A stretch of DNA of 64,000 bases, from positions 74,710,001-74,774,000 of the forward strand of contig NC_042997.1 of NCBI RefSeq assembly GCF_006345805.1, read 5' to 3'. The position numbers and the translations under genes were made by a program. Under the pieces are notes generated by a model. The model searched no databases, was not told the origin of the DNA, and was given only the letters and a program-made list of their open reading frames with translations. The stretch comes from Octopus sinensis. Taxonomy: Eukaryota. Positions 53,601 to 63,605 of the stretch are shown here, in pieces (the stretch's first letter is position 1; every line of letters begins with the position of its first letter).

Positions 53601-56600
53601 CTATTTTTTTTTGGAAGTAGAATAACTGAAGATTTTGAGAAAGCTATTAGTTTAAATTTTTATAGGTCGCATTACAGAAATCCAAATATAGCAATCTATT
53701 TGTAACTTATCTGAATTTTTATTTCTGTGAACATTATCCTTGAAATGAAATAACCCATTATCTTTCTTTTAATTACAGTTCTGAAGACACTGCCTTAAAA
53801 TCACATTCCTTAGCCAGAAATTCCAAGGATTGAAGAAATGTGATTTCATTTGCAAGCTTCTCACAAAACTCTGCACTGATTTAAAGTAAAACTCATTTAG
53901 GCAATTTATCAGGTTCTCATATTTGTCACAATTAGTGATGGATACTTCATGAGATACATAGATTTATTAGAGAATATATATTCTGTTGCTATCAGAAATG
54001 CTAATATGAAAATTTCAAATGTACATAATCAATTGAGAAGGTATTGTATTAAATCTTTGGGATGTTCAAACTGAAGTGGATGAAAAACTGACATAAGAAG
54101 TAACAATAGTTGGAAATAGATTAAAAATATTATATTGGCTTTGATGCTATTTTGATGGTGTGTGTGTGTGCATGCATGTATCTTGTTGAAGCCTTCATGC
54201 ATTTTTTTATGAAGGATTTATGAGCAGGTCAGTAGTTGATTGTAGTCATTGTTGCAATTGTTTAGCTTCAGTACAATTCTGATCAGGTAGGCTTAGGATC
54301 AAAGGCATTCCAGGCCTGACAATTCTGTACATTTAGAGGATTTGGGAATATATTATCTAATATGTTCTTCCTGTATTTAAGGTGTTAGAATGTGGTTGAC
54401 GAACATTTGTCAGCTACATACTCAACAAGACCAGTCCTCCACAGCAGAAATGTTAAGGCCGCATACGCAGGTGAAGATTGGCCTGTAAAGCAGCTGACAC
54501 AAGGAAGGACATCCATCTGTAGAAATCAAGCCATATCAGATTCGAACCTGGTGCAGCTCTCTGGTTTGCTGTCCAAGCCATACCAGCATGGAAAACAGAT
54601 GTTAAAGGATGATGATGATGATGATGATGATATTGATAAAATATCATTACTGATCAAAGTTGCGATATACATGTAAGCTGTATTGAGCAATGACTATTTT
54701 CTGTGGAATACCTGCAGAATATGTGAGATGCATGAGTTGGGAGATTCTGAACAGAGGCATGAGATTGGCCAGCTTTGAGACAAGAAGCCACAATAACAAT
54801 GGTAAAAATTTTACTGTTGGTAAGACATGTAGAGAATGTCCATAAACATGTATGCACACTTTGATATCTGATAACACCTGGAAGCAGATTTATCTAAACG
54901 ACTTAACAGCCCTCTGATTAGGGATAAGGTGAAGCAGATGGTAATGTTCAGAATGTCCACAGGCATGACTGTGTGGTTAAGAAGCTTGCTTTGCCTCCAA
55001 ATAGTCTCAGGTTCAGTCTCTTTGCACAGCACCTTGTGCAAATATCATTTACTCAAGCCCTAAGCCTACCAATGCCTTTTGAGTAAATTTAGAAGATGGA
55101 AACTATGTGCAAACTTGTTTTATACTTATATATCTACACCTGAGTGTCTTTGTGTTTGTTTCAATCACCACTTGATAACCAGTGTTGGCTTGTTTAAATC
55201 CCTGTAACTTAACAATTCAATGAAAGAGACTGACAGAATAAATGCCAAGAAAAAATGTACTAGGATCAATCTGTTTGGCTGAAATCCTTCCAGGCGATGT
55301 CCAAGGATGACGGCAGTCCAATGACTGAAACAAGTAAAAGCTAAACGTTTCAAAACATTCCAAAAGACTGCAGACATTGACAAGTCCTACGAAGGTAAAA
55401 GGGGTACTTACTGTTTTGCCAGATTTCTTGAAAATCTTTGCAGCAAGCAAGTCATGAGATAAGGATTTAAAAACCAAATGTATATCATTATGAAGCACTG
55501 TCATTGAAAGAGATGCATTTCAGGCACAGTCCATGCTCTCAGTGAAGGTGATCTGAACCAAAGAGTGGAATTTTGCAAGTGGTTCTTGATAAAATGTGTA
55601 GAAGATGAGGCTACATATAAATTAAATGGTTCGTCACAATTGCACCTGCTAGAGACTTAAGAATCTGCATGGAGGAACATTGTGACAATTCATCACAAGT
55701 CATGGTATGATGTTGCTTATCATCAAAAGGATTAATTAGACCATTCCTTTTTCTGGTATTGTAACTTAAACAATCTGTCATGCTAACATTTTAGGGAATC
55801 TTGAAAAAGTGGAGTTTTACTTTCAGCAACATGGACCCCCTAATACCACCATAGTAATGTATGGACTTATTTTGACGAGATTTTGCCAGACAGGTGGATT
55901 GAGAATAGCTGTTCAGTAGAATACCTTCTGCATTAACAGGAACTGGCAAGAGTCAACAAATTGAGGGCAATCATTGAATGAGAGGGTACACAAATACCAA
56001 ATGAAATGCTTTTTGATGTTTATGATTCCACTGCCTTGCATTTATCAGCAATGCCTGGACCAGAACAGTCATTAGTTTGAAAACAATAACTGAATTGTCT
56101 GTAGAATTTATTAAACTTTGAAAATAAAATGTAATTTAATAAACATTGACTTTATAATAATTCAGTAAGAAATTAAATAAATGACAAGGAAACAAGAAAT
56201 TATGTAATGAACTTCATAAGCTTACAGCTGTTTCTGCTATGAGATGCAATGCACTCATAACTGAGTGCTTCTGTAACATGTTATTTCATTCATATGAGTT
56301 CATTCAATATGTATATGCTTTTTTGGGACATCCTCATCCACCCTCCCTCCTTTAACATCTGTTTTCCACACTGGCATGGGTTGCCTGGTTTGACTAGAGC
56401 TGGCAAGCTGGAGAGCTACACCATGTTCAAGTCTGATTTTGTTTGGTTTCTACAGCTGGATGCTCTTCCTAACACCAAACACTTTGCAATGTGTACTGGG
56501 TGTTTTTAATGTGCCACAAGCATGAACGCTTTTATGTGGCACCAACATGAGTGCTTTTTATGTGACACCAGCATAGGATTCTTGCAGGCCAATTCCCTTC

Positions 56601-59600
56601 AACAGAGTGAGTGGCCTTAATACTTCTGCTGTGGAGTACAGGTCTTCTCAAGTACAGCAAGGTGCTGGGTATCTTGGCCTTTTGTCATCTTGTTCGAAAG
56701 ATTTAGCATTATGAGGTTGTCCTTCAGAACCTCGTCTCATGTCTTTCTGGGTCACCCTCTTCTACAAGTTCTATTCAGTTTTAGAGATTGGAACTTCTTT
56801 GCAGAGCTGTCAGCATCCATCTGCACCACAGGACCAAACCAACACAAATTTCTCTCTTGCATATGGCATCTAATTCTTTTTATGCCTAACTTCTCTCTCT
56901 ATACACTAGCACTCTGTTGAACATGCACACTTACATTATACATCCAGTGGAGCATACTAGCTTCATTCCTCTCTAGTTTTTGCATGTCTTCTGCATTCAG
57001 AGCCCATGTCTCACTACAATGTAAAATGGCTGTTCGTTTGCATGCATCATACAATCTTCCTTTCACTTGTCAACAGAGGTAAAAGCTCTGAATTTCCTCC
57101 ACTCTATTCTTATTCTAGCTATTAAACTCTTCATACATCCTCCCCCACTTCTAATTTGATCCCTTAAGTAGCAAATATTATCCACTACCTCTAATTAACC
57201 TCCAAGGCATTTGAGAAAATCACCAAGCCAACACAGTCTTCTCAATTTTCCAAGTATCTGTATTTTTATGGCTCCTGTGCATCTTCCACATATGAATACT
57301 ACTTTCTCTAATAACCTTCCTGTTATTCCACTGCACCACTTGTGTATCCATAGCTTACACTGAGTACACCATATGGAATTCCTGACTACAAAACCCTACC
57401 TGAAGCAGGTAGGGTTTTGTCTGTTTTCTTGCTTACTAAGACCTTAAGCTCTGATATAGGAATCTACTATGACTGCAAGATCATAAGCATATAGAAGTTC
57501 TCAGAGGCTGCTGGTCTTGAACTTCTCTGTTATGGCCTGGAGGACAATGATGAAAAGGAGGCAACTGAGGACTGAGCCTGTATGCCAAATTCTTTGCTAT
57601 ACTAGTGGTTAACTCTCACCTTACTAACAGCATCTCTGTACACAACCTGCACAGCTTTCACAAGCCAGTTGTATACCCCTAGTCTACTAAGAGCCCACCA
57701 TATCACACAGTGGGATACCATATCAAAAGCTTTCTCTAGATCAATGAATGCCAAGTATAATGGTTTAGTCTTAGCTAAGTATATTTGAAGTTAATATAGC
57801 AGCTGTGTATTGCATAAATGTTTTAGACCTTTGCATTTTATAGTTTCATTTTTATTTTCACAATAGGTTATATAAAAATATATCTATATGTTATATCAGG
57901 TAGCTAGAAGATAGGTATATATAGCTAGGGAGAAGCAGAAAGGAAGAAATCTGCCAATGTTCAGTGGACTAGAAACTTGAGGCGTTTCAGATTGCAAGAC
58001 TGTGTCAAAGAAAACAATGGTGTTGTAGGAAAGAAGTGCATGGATGATGACTCACTTGCAGTTAGTGATTCTGCAAAGAAGGAGGCTCTAAGTGCCACTA
58101 TGAAAGGCTGCTAAATGTAGAGAAAGCATGGTAGAAGAACCTACATAACAGATGGACCAGCTATCTGAATCAATAGTAGCTCAGCAGATAAAGCAATTAA
58201 GGATATGAAAATAGGGAAAGCCTGCAGATCATCAGGAGTTACCACTGAGATGCTTAAAGTATCTGGCAGAGTGGGATATTGTGTAGTCACATGTATAATT
58301 AATTAGGTTGTTCATGAGGGAGTCATGCCTAATGACTGGTGCAGCAGCATTATAGTCAACTGCTACAAAGGTAAAGGTGATGCCTTGGGCAGAAATAATT
58401 ACAGAGAAATCTAATTGCTGGACCAGGTGATGAAAGTTACAAAAAATCCTAGCTCAATTAATTAGGAAAAACATTAACCTAGATGACATGTAGCTTGTTT
58501 TTGTGCCAGGAAGAAGCACTGCTGATGCTATCTTCCTGGTGAGGAAACTGCAGAAGTACTTAGCCAAAAATAAACCTCTGTATTTGGTTTTTGTTGACAT
58601 AGAGAAAACCTTTGACAGGGTCCCCCATTCCCTTACCTGGTGGACAATGTGGAAACTAGGAATAAATGACTGGTTGTTGAAAGTTGTACAAGTTGTACAA
58701 GGATGCTGTTGAAAGTTGTACAAGGATGCTGTCAGTAAGGTAATAGTATAGCAGTAAGGTATTGAGTATAGCAAGGAATTTAGTGTATACAATGTACACT
58801 ATCTAGTTCACCAATGATTGGTTCTCAGTCCCCTCTTGTTTATCATAGTCCTCCAGAGGAATTTAAGGCAGGCTATTCTTGGGTGTTCCTCTGCACTGAT
58901 AACCTTGTCCTTATTACTGAATGACCACCAGTACTAGAGAAGAAATTTCAGGTATGGAAGCAAAGCCTGGAATCTAAAGGCCTTAGAGTTAATTTAGCAA
59001 AGACCAAAGAACTAATAAATAGGAAAACAGACAAATCACAGATCCCTTTAGAGAGATGATCCTGCTCAATATATAGAAAAGGTGTTGGTAGGAACTCCAT
59101 GTAGCATACCCAGTGCAAGCTATGGACACATAAGAGGTATCACAGGAAGGTTAACAGAGGAAGTGGTCTTAGTAAATGATTTGAGAGAAAAATTGGGTAT
59201 ACAAGGCATCAGACAATGTGCAAGAGAGAAGACTGCACTGGTATGATCATGTAATGCATATGGATGAACACAATTGCATCAAGAAGGGCTGATCTATAAT
59301 TGTGGAGGGAACTTGTGGTAGAGATAGACCCAGGAAGATGTGATGAAGGGGTGAGAAAGAATCTCCAGACATTGGACCTCACAGAGAAGATGACAAGGGA
59401 CTGAGACTTCTGTCAGTTTGCTGTGCTTAAGATGTCAAGCTAAGTAAAATTGTGGCTGTCCACATATACAGCTATGTCCATACATCCTTCTCTCCGCTAA
59501 GTGATCCTAGTTTTGCAGGCTCGTGGGTGCTGGTGCCACATGCTGATGCCAGTGCTATGTAAAAGCACAAACGCCCATACCAATATCATGTAAAGCGCTT

Positions 59601-62600
59601 GTGCCAATGCTATGTAAAAGTTTCCATGCAGGTGCCAGTAAAAGTGCCAGTGTCAGTGCCACATCAAAGCATCTGTGATGGTGCTATGTTAAAAGCACCC
59701 AGTACACTTTGTAAAGTGGCTGGCATTAGGAAAGACATCCAGCCATAGAAACCATACCGAAACAGTCAAATGGAACCTGGGCCAGCTCCTGTCAAACCAT
59801 CCAACCCATGCCAGCATGGAGAATGGACATTAAATAATAATGATGATGACTGATGATAATGATAATGATGTAATGAAAATTGTTAAGACAATGTCACTAA
59901 GCAGATAAACAATTGCCTTATCTTGATGGATACTCTCTGATAACAATTTTACTTGATATGGATAAAATATGCAGCCACATATGATTTAGTTTAATTTCTT
60001 TTTAATTACAACATTTCATGTTGTATTTTTTAAATCTAAGGAAAACATGTATTCACAAACTGAAGCTTAATTTACAAAATCTTGAAACAAGAAAACTCAC
60101 GCAGTGAGCCGGCTTATCATGTTTTCATATCTTTCATAAATAACTTTTGCCTCTTCATTTTCAACACAGCTGAAAAAGAAAATCATAATAACCTTTAGGA
60201 CACTTACAATGTTGCTTTGTAACTACAAGAAAGGCAGCATGAAATAGTCATTCACAAATGCAATGATAAAATTTATGGCTAAGGGAAAACCAGAAAAGAG
60301 GACGTTTGTAGATGTTTTATGATATGAGGATCAGATCCATGAGGTGCTCAAGATTGTGAGACAGTGTGTTAGAGAAAAAGATGTAACTGGGGGAGTTGAC
60401 TGTAGACAGTAATTCATGTTACTGTAATGTGGTAGATTGAGCTATTAAAAACAACAAAGCTGATGCTCCATAGGGATAGTCTCTGAGATGTTCAAAATAT
60501 CTGAGATAGTATATATGATAAATACTTGGATAATTAATGCCTCAAACAGGAAATGCTTCAGACAGAAGAAATTAAAAGAGACATCAAATAGTTGGATCAG
60601 ACTTTGTAGGTCATGACACAACTAATCCAGAGCAGAGTTAAGCTAGATGAGATGCAGTTTGGTTTTATACTTGGCAGAAGTACCATATAAGCAATCTTCC
60701 AAGTGAGACAAGTGCAGAAGAAATACTTGGCTAAGAGTAAACCACTATTCCTGGCATTCATTGACTTGGAGAAGGCCTTTAACAGAGTACTATGCCCTGT
60801 AATTTGATGGTCACTATTAAACTAGGTTTAAACAAATGATAGGTGTGGACTGTATAAGCTATGAATTAAAGTGAAAAAAGTAAAGTAGAAGTTCAACACT
60901 GAATTTAGCATGTAGGTAGTGATTCAGCAAAGCTTAGTTTTCAGCACTCTACTATTCACCAAAGTCCTACAGACCATCACAGAGGTGTTTAAGACTGACT
61001 ATCCATGAGTACTCCTATATGCTAATGATCTGGTTCATATAGCTGAAGAAATTCTAGAATAGAATCTATATCTAGAAGTGGGAGGCATTAAGGTAAACTA
61101 AGCAAAGACTAAGGCTTTTGAAAATAGGAAAGAAGGTAGGACTCTGTGGTATCATCAGGAAAATGGCTTTCTTCAATATGCTGAAAAGGAGTTACTATAA
61201 ACTCTATATGCGGTACGCAATGTAAGATATGGATATACAAGAGATATAGTGTAATCACAGGTAGGCTAACAAGGAAGGTAGGCTTAGATATACTAGAATT
61301 ATATGTCCTATGAGTACACTGGAAACATTTTCATGAATGCTCAAATGTAGTCAGGGTTGTTCAGAAATTATAGCAGTCAGAATAAAAATGAGTTGGATTA
61401 ATGTAGGGAGCTAGTAATAAAGACTTTTTCCTTCAGAGTGAAGGTAGAATGTATGTGTATTATGTTAGAACTGTAATGCATGTATGGGTTAAATGGTTTA
61501 TTGCATACTATTTGTTTCAAATTGTTTTCGATTAAGTCATCTCAAGCATCAATGAAGACAATTTGAAAACATCTTTGATAACAAAAAAGCACAAAGAATG
61601 AGACAATAAACATATAATCTAATTTTTTTATTTAAATTTATGTTAATTCTTAGTGCATGTATTTGCTATGAATGAAGTTCTGTTTCAAAAATTTAAAATA
61701 TGCATTTTATGAAGATACTAGAGTATCTAAGCCATCATTAATGACCACTTGACCTCTCACTTTGTTTAATATAAAAGAGAGATATTCATTTCCACTTAAA
61801 TACGGATGTTCTTTTAGAACAAACTTTCTGCAGTAGTTGCCATGAGAAAAACTCTCATACTGGATTTTTGGTGCAGAATGCACTCTTGTTTATATTGCTA
61901 GTGGGGAAATAAATCCCCACAACCTCCAATGCTGAGACCATCAGATCATGTGATTTCAACCTCGTTTGGTTTTGTTAATGATGGACTGAGGATTTATCTC
62001 CTCTCTAGTGATATAAACAAAAGGGCATTTTGTTTCTTTCTGATTTGTTCATGTCCTCTGCATTAAAGGCCCATGTTTCACTACCAGGAAGCATTGCAAT
62101 TCTAACACAAGCATCATATAGTCTACCTTTCACTCTGAGAGGAAAGATGCTTGTTACCAGCAGTGATAGTAGCTCCCTGAACTTTTCTCAACCCATTCTT
62201 ACTCTGGCTACTATGCTTTCAGAACAGCCATTTCCCTTGCTAATTATATCTCCTGAGTAACAAAGGCTATCAATTACTTTTAGTGAACCATCTTGGCATT
62301 TAAGAGACTTACAAATGAACACTACATTTTTAGATAGTCTGCCAGTCATTCCACTACATCACTTGTGTGTCCACAGCTTACAGTATATGGAGTTTATACC
62401 TACTCCTTTTCTGCATATCAAGCAAGGCCATTTCCCTAAAGATACTAGGACCCTGTCTCCTTTCCTATTTACTAAAAGCTTTGACTTTACTAGGTTTATT
62501 GCAGGGCCTCTCAATTCCAGGTTTAATTTCCATTCTTTATTTGTGAATTAAGGCTACCATTGGTTTCATGTTAATGAAAGTAGGAAAATATCCTAGTATC

Positions 62601-63308
62601 ATAACAATTTTTCAAGTTGATCACAACCAGATTAAAAACACCACACCCAGAACAAAAACAAAATAATGCAAACAAATTTACCATACAACAATTTGCCCAT
62701 AAGACAAATCCAAGCGAGACAAACATTCAAAAGATGCCACCTAATGGTAACGTCCCTTGATTAGTGTTTTGTTCATGTGAACTCATGAGAATCTCTGCGA
62801 ACTACACAAGGCTGCATTTTCTAAAATGGAGGTGAACATCTTTCTCCATGTGATTGGCTTGAAAAATTGTCGAGACACTAGGATATTTTACTACTTTTCT
62901 TGATATGAAACCAACGGTAGCCTTAATTCAAAAATAAAGAAATTATAACCCCCAATGCAGGATTGAGTACTCATTTTCATCGCTCTGCATTTACATATAT
63001 ATATATGTGTGTGTTGATAAAGAGATTTAAATATCACCTTACTTGTGATGAAGACTTTTAAATTTAGCTATGAAGTATGTTATCCTTGTCTTCATCTGTT
63101 CAGCCCATTTTAAACTTCCAGATACCTTTGGCATAAACTTTGGGAGGATAATTCCTTGTTTTCCATTGTGGTACTTCATTTGCTCTTTGTACATGATGTC
63201 CAAGGTATCAAGTTCTTTATTCATATATTCAGTTATTGATTTGTATTTACAATCAAATAAATTTTTAATCAAAGGCCGTTCCAAGAGATTAATCATCATT
63301 TCTATAAT
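1916..63308 (-). CDS. DNAH9: Axonemal dynein heavy chain, outer-arm beta type (DNAH9/11/17 co-ortholog); partial gene, 9 exons of the N-terminal tail
   Basis: Nine GT-AG exons with matching phases (0-2-2-0-1-0-0-0-2-0) sum to 1944 nt with no stop. The peptide order matches recalled vertebrate DNAH9 (NLLERP, MPxVxGxLxWA, EFPL, LDDR, PLFE, FLLYG, DIRPFK, [15 protein letters not shown]). The symbol denotes the DNAH9/11/17 group, not proven one-to-one orthology. Confidence 0.93.
2552..2721 (-). CDS. DNAH9: Dynein heavy chain exon (170 nt, phase 0-2): [10 protein letters not shown]...[34 protein letters not shown]
   Basis: Not in the ORF track. Acceptor tttctttag|ATT; donor AG|gtaagt; strong match to recalled DIRPFK...WSxxFKQ. 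Confidence 0.94.
3170..4602 (-). mobile_element. 5'-truncated RTE LINE (RT C-terminus, 3' UTR, (GAT)n tail)
   Basis: LYADDL at about 4575; ORFs 4131..4508, 3931..4134 and 3618..3812 are frameshifted pieces; same family as 34825-36457. Confidence 0.88.
5315..5569 (-). CDS. DNAH9: Dynein heavy chain exon (255 nt, phase 0-0): [14 protein letters not shown]...QFLLYG...FKEQ
   Basis: Acceptor tatttctacag|CCT; donor CAG|gtaagc. Confidence 0.93.
6137..6549 (-). mobile_element. Solo LTR (413 bp), probably Ty3/Gypsy
   Basis: TG...CA termini (minus strand TGTAGTG...GTTACA); 4-bp TSD CATC at 6133-6136 and 6550-6553; AATAAA on the minus strand at 6251-6260; GC-rich relative to the flanks. Confidence 0.82.
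6767..7099 (-). CDS. DNAH9: Dynein heavy chain exon (333 nt, phase 0-0): [10 protein letters not shown]...[12 protein letters not shown]...NYE
   Basis: Acceptor ttattccag|AAA; donor GAG|gtaaaa; inside ORF 6749..7180. Confidence 0.93.
7300..8600 (+). mobile_element. Degenerate Hero-like (R2-group, restriction-like endonuclease) non-LTR retrotransposon
   Basis: Frame-hopping translation gives [50 protein letters not shown] and IEEAKER, matching recalled Hero ORF motifs. Confidence 0.75.
8865..9109 (-). CDS. DNAH9: Dynein heavy chain exon (245 nt, phase 1-0): (G)IWEYIEETK...LNLDDRIDR...IHELLQ
   Basis: Acceptor tatttcattag|GT; donor CAG|gtaaag; extends ORF 8850..9047 upstream. Confidence 0.92.
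9545..9968 (+). mobile_element. Near full-length tRNA-derived SINE with internal (TA)/(TG) tract
   Basis: A-box-like tggctgtgtggtaag, B-box-like gggttcagtccc, 3' end gactgaaacaagtaaaag with (AAAGAT)n. Confidence 0.85.
10490..10995 (+). mobile_element. RTE 3' UTR-only insertion
   Basis: Same 3' UTR as the RTE copies at 3170, 33000, 36000 and 42730; ends aacgatgatga. Confidence 0.8.
11885..12140 (-). CDS. DNAH9: Dynein heavy chain exon (256 nt, phase 0-1): [11 protein letters not shown]...VEFPLI...MNWNSE
   Basis: Acceptor catattcag|CTA; donor GAAG|gtttgt; inside ORF 11805..12158. Confidence 0.92.
13437..13570. repeat. (CATA)n microsatellite
   Basis: Directly visible; it produces the MYVC/HTYI ORFs. 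Confidence 0.98.
14316..14775 (-). mobile_element. Helitron PIF1-like helicase C-terminal fragment
   Basis: FLNSLDPPG, LRNLxPxxLCNGTRL, Fx[25 protein letters not shown]. Confidence 0.88.
14780..15055 (+). mobile_element. Mariner transposase C-terminal remnant interrupting the Helitron helicase
   Basis: [13 protein letters not shown]...[22 protein letters not shown] resembles the mariner C-terminus. The Helitron resumes on the minus strand at about 15060-15180 ([10 protein letters not shown]...VEELI). Confidence 0.72.
15221..15300. repeat. 16-17-bp minisatellite (AAGTCCAAT-N7-8), about 5 units
   Basis: aagtccaatcaggcca / aaagtccaacctggctg / aaagtccaatttgggtg x2 / gaagtccaattc. Confidence 0.8.
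16351..16925 (+). mobile_element. Mariner element 5' half (TIR-like end and N-terminal transposase)
   Basis: TA|caagaaggtacccaaaagtaacc terminus; translation includes [18 protein letters not shown] and AKSLPRLL (WVP-like linker). Confidence 0.75.
17140..17585 (+). mobile_element. Penelope-like element GIY-YIG endonuclease remnant
   Basis: [13 protein letters not shown]...[11 protein letters not shown]...WKIL...CGLCDMER...LNSRTEL. Confidence 0.8.
18633..20482 (-). mobile_element. RTE/BovB-like LINE with inverted 5' segment (20165-20482 on + strand)
   Basis: ORF 18958..19890 ([15 protein letters not shown]) and a C-terminal CxxC...H zinc-finger-like motif. The plus-strand piece encodes the upstream RT region. 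TSD acatatatacat at 18621-18632 and 20482-20493. Confidence 0.92.
20809..20855 (+). ncRNA. Minimal type-I hammerhead ribozyme motif (canonical core, weakened helices)
   Basis: tct-CTGATGA-[a g (a) gata/caataaa/tatc c t (a)]-GAAAC-AGCT-GTA-aga; palindromic helix III ACAGCTGT; helix I only 3 bp. Confidence 0.6.
21530..22537. repeat. Satellite array, about 6.1 units of 165-166 bp
   Basis: The marker agatcgcccaaaagtg starts at 21575, 21740, 21906, 22071, 22237 and 22403. Confidence 0.95.
22539..23383 (+). mobile_element. Non-autonomous Helitron carrying a PIF1 helicase fragment
   Basis: 5' t(t)tatatataaaag, 3' gcaacgccgggc hairpin then CTAG|T; ORF 22786..23307 ([32 protein letters not shown]); termini shared with 36626-37131. 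Confidence 0.85.
23481..23535. repeat. (GATA)n microsatellite
   Basis: Directly visible. Confidence 0.95.
23875..24795 (+). mobile_element. Penelope-like element, Neptune-type C-terminus (RT thumb, Cys-rich linker, GIY-YIG)
   Basis: 306-aa ORF with [19 protein letters not shown]...C, GTVY...YIGES and EAVCI...LN. Confidence 0.85.
26735..27858. repeat. 188-bp inverted repeat (26735-26922 vs 27671-27858), with a third diverged direct copy at about 28160-28450
   Basis: Hand alignment gives 10 mismatches in 188 bp. Confidence 0.9.
28515..29163 (-). mobile_element. PLE pseudo-LTR-like unit: 363-bp monomer containing a hammerhead, plus a partial second copy with inverted segments
   Basis: 130-bp direct repeat (28515-28644 / 28878-29007); 89-bp segment inverted in copy 2; perfect 67-bp fold-back (28941-29007 / 29097-29163). 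Confidence 0.7.
28748..28789 (-). ncRNA. Minimal type-I hammerhead ribozyme with U3-A8 core variant
   Basis: Minus strand: GCTACA-TTGACAA-GGGG caata CCCC-GAAAC-GC-GTC-TGTAGC; perfect 6-bp helix I, 4-bp helix II, palindromic helix III ACGCGT, GUC triplet. Confidence 0.8.
29473..29599 (-). ncRNA. Type-I hammerhead ribozyme motif with long helix II and U4C core
   Basis: Minus strand: ATCT-CCGAAGA-GGCC-[92 nt including an 11-bp stem atgtctcattt/aaatgagacat]-GGCC-GAAAC-AGCT-GTA-AGAT. Confidence 0.68.
31317..31560 (-). mobile_element. Penelope-like element GIY-YIG C-terminal remnant
   Basis: [12 protein letters not shown]...WEIL...N...FFCLHK. Confidence 0.75.
31772..31842 (-). ncRNA. Type-I hammerhead ribozyme, canonical core
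   Basis: Minus strand: ATGCAG-CTGATGA-AGAC-[34 nt]-GTCT-GAAAC-CG-GTA-CTGCAT; 6-bp helix I, palindromic helix III ACCGGT. Confidence 0.82.
31975..33245 (+). mobile_element. 5'-truncated RTE LINE
   Basis: ORFs 32199..32642 and 32646..32864; 3' UTR and (GAT)n tail. Confidence 0.88.
33290..34480 (-). mobile_element. Penelope/Poseidon-type PLE RT remnant interrupted by a 247-bp insert
   Basis: [30 protein letters not shown]...LPFLDI. Confidence 0.8.
34825..36457 (+). mobile_element. 5'-truncated RTE LINE with a 298-aa open RT C-terminus
   Basis: [12 protein letters not shown]; ORF 34927..35823; 3' UTR with an internal duplication; (GAT)n tail. Confidence 0.92.
36626..37131 (+). mobile_element. 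Complete non-autonomous Helitron (506 bp)
   Basis: A|TCTATATATATAAA 5' end, cccgagcaacgccggg hairpin, CTAG|T 3' end, A-T target. Confidence 0.9.
37275..37790 (-). mobile_element. Neptune-type PLE RT fragment
   Basis: [46 protein letters not shown] (compare STTKLNIL in the ORF at 23875). Confidence 0.8.
38580..38642. repeat. (CATA)n microsatellite
   Basis: Directly visible. Confidence 0.95.
41849..43090 (+). mobile_element. 5'-truncated RTE LINE
   Basis: The RTE part of ORF 41732..42562 begins at RCSNVKG; 3' UTR with 4 hairpin repeat units; (GAT)n tail. Confidence 0.9.
43091..44900 (+). mobile_element. Degenerate Naiad/Chlamys-like PLE (N-terminus, RT, GIY-YIG)
   Basis: [56 protein letters not shown]. 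Confidence 0.75.
45790..47300 (-). mobile_element. Degenerate RTE LINE (APE endonuclease to RT)
   Basis: APE-like text near 46900-47280; ORF 45814..46008 contains VGVDQGS...FLQAI. Confidence 0.65.
47445..47645 (-). mobile_element. tRNA-derived SINE (same family as 63387 and the head at about 39325)
   Basis: Reverse complement reads gagctggtagaattgttagcac...ggggtcaatgcaatcgac. Confidence 0.75.
49617..49743 (-). CDS. DNAH9: Dynein heavy chain exon (127 nt, phase 2-0): [29 protein letters not shown]...VNFDLE
   Basis: Acceptor catatttcag|A; donor GAG|gtaagc; inside ORF 49596..49796. Confidence 0.92.
50950..52000 (-). mobile_element. Highly degenerate Gypsy-like pol remnant
   Basis: SGSTDKFI (protease-like) at about 51860 and GGIIETSN (RT N-terminus-like) at about 51500; many frameshifts. 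Confidence 0.4.
52400..53600 (-). mobile_element. Degenerate RTE-clade LINE of a different family
   Basis: ORF 52805..53308: [33 protein letters not shown]. Confidence 0.75.
54960..55340 (+). mobile_element. Degenerate tRNA-derived SINE
   Basis: Similar to 9545-9968; ends gactgaaacaagtaaaag. Confidence 0.7.
55490..56090 (+). mobile_element. Degenerate IS630-Tc1-mariner transposase remnant
   Basis: [44 protein letters not shown]. Confidence 0.7.
56340..57760 (-). mobile_element. Degenerate RTE LINE
   Basis: 3' UTR at 56340-56600; RT C-terminal similarity to the other copies. Confidence 0.7.
57950..59850 (+). mobile_element. Degenerate RTE LINE
   Basis: ORF 58503..58712 ([21 protein letters not shown]); 3' UTR and tail at about 59850. 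Confidence 0.75.
60101..60169 (-). CDS. DNAH9: Dynein heavy chain small exon (69 nt, phase 2-2): (N)[22 protein letters not shown](A)
   Basis: Not in the ORF track. Acceptor ttttctttttcag|C; donor GC|gtgagt. It fills the gap equivalent to DNAH9 CMESAEGKRMQQKYEDMLSLLEK, and phases fit both neighbours. Confidence 0.92.
60320..61490 (+). mobile_element. Degenerate RTE LINE
   Basis: [11 protein letters not shown] and LLYANDL remnants. Confidence 0.6.
61990..62600 (-). mobile_element. Degenerate RTE LINE fragment
   Basis: Reverse complement resembles the RT C-terminus of the other copies. Confidence 0.55.
63043..63308 (-). CDS. DNAH9: Dynein heavy chain exon (266 nt, phase 0-2): [15 protein letters not shown]...[15 protein letters not shown]...LHH
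   Basis: Acceptor tttgatttcag|ATT; donor CACAA|gtaagg; overlaps ORF 63039..63299. Confidence 0.92.
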
Positions 63309-63386
63309 CTGAAATCAAAAATGTATTGCAGTCAAAATAATGCAAGTTTTATTAACTGTATTACTTTGGAATGTATATTTTGTTTT

Positions 63387-63605
63387 TAAGGCAGCAAGCT
63401 GGCAGAATTATTAGCAGGCCAGACAAAATGCTTAGTGGCATTTTGTCCGTCTATATGTTCTAAGTTCAAATTCTGTTGTGTTTGACTTCACCATTCATCT
63501 TTTTGAAGTTGATAAAATAAGTACCATTTGAGCATTGGAGTCAATGTAATTGGCTTACCCACTCCCCTGAACTTGCTGGCCTTGTGTCAAAATTTGAAAC
63601 CAATA
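63387..63605 (+). mobile_element. tRNA-derived SINE
   Basis: aaggcagcaagctggcagaattattagc...aaatttgaaacc. Confidence 0.75.

Noticed and set aside
56220-56270. GAAACAGCTGTAAG on the minus strand, and GAAACCCGGTA at about 23748-23760
   Set aside because: Only the 3' half of a hammerhead is present; there is no CUGANGA or compensated core upstream.
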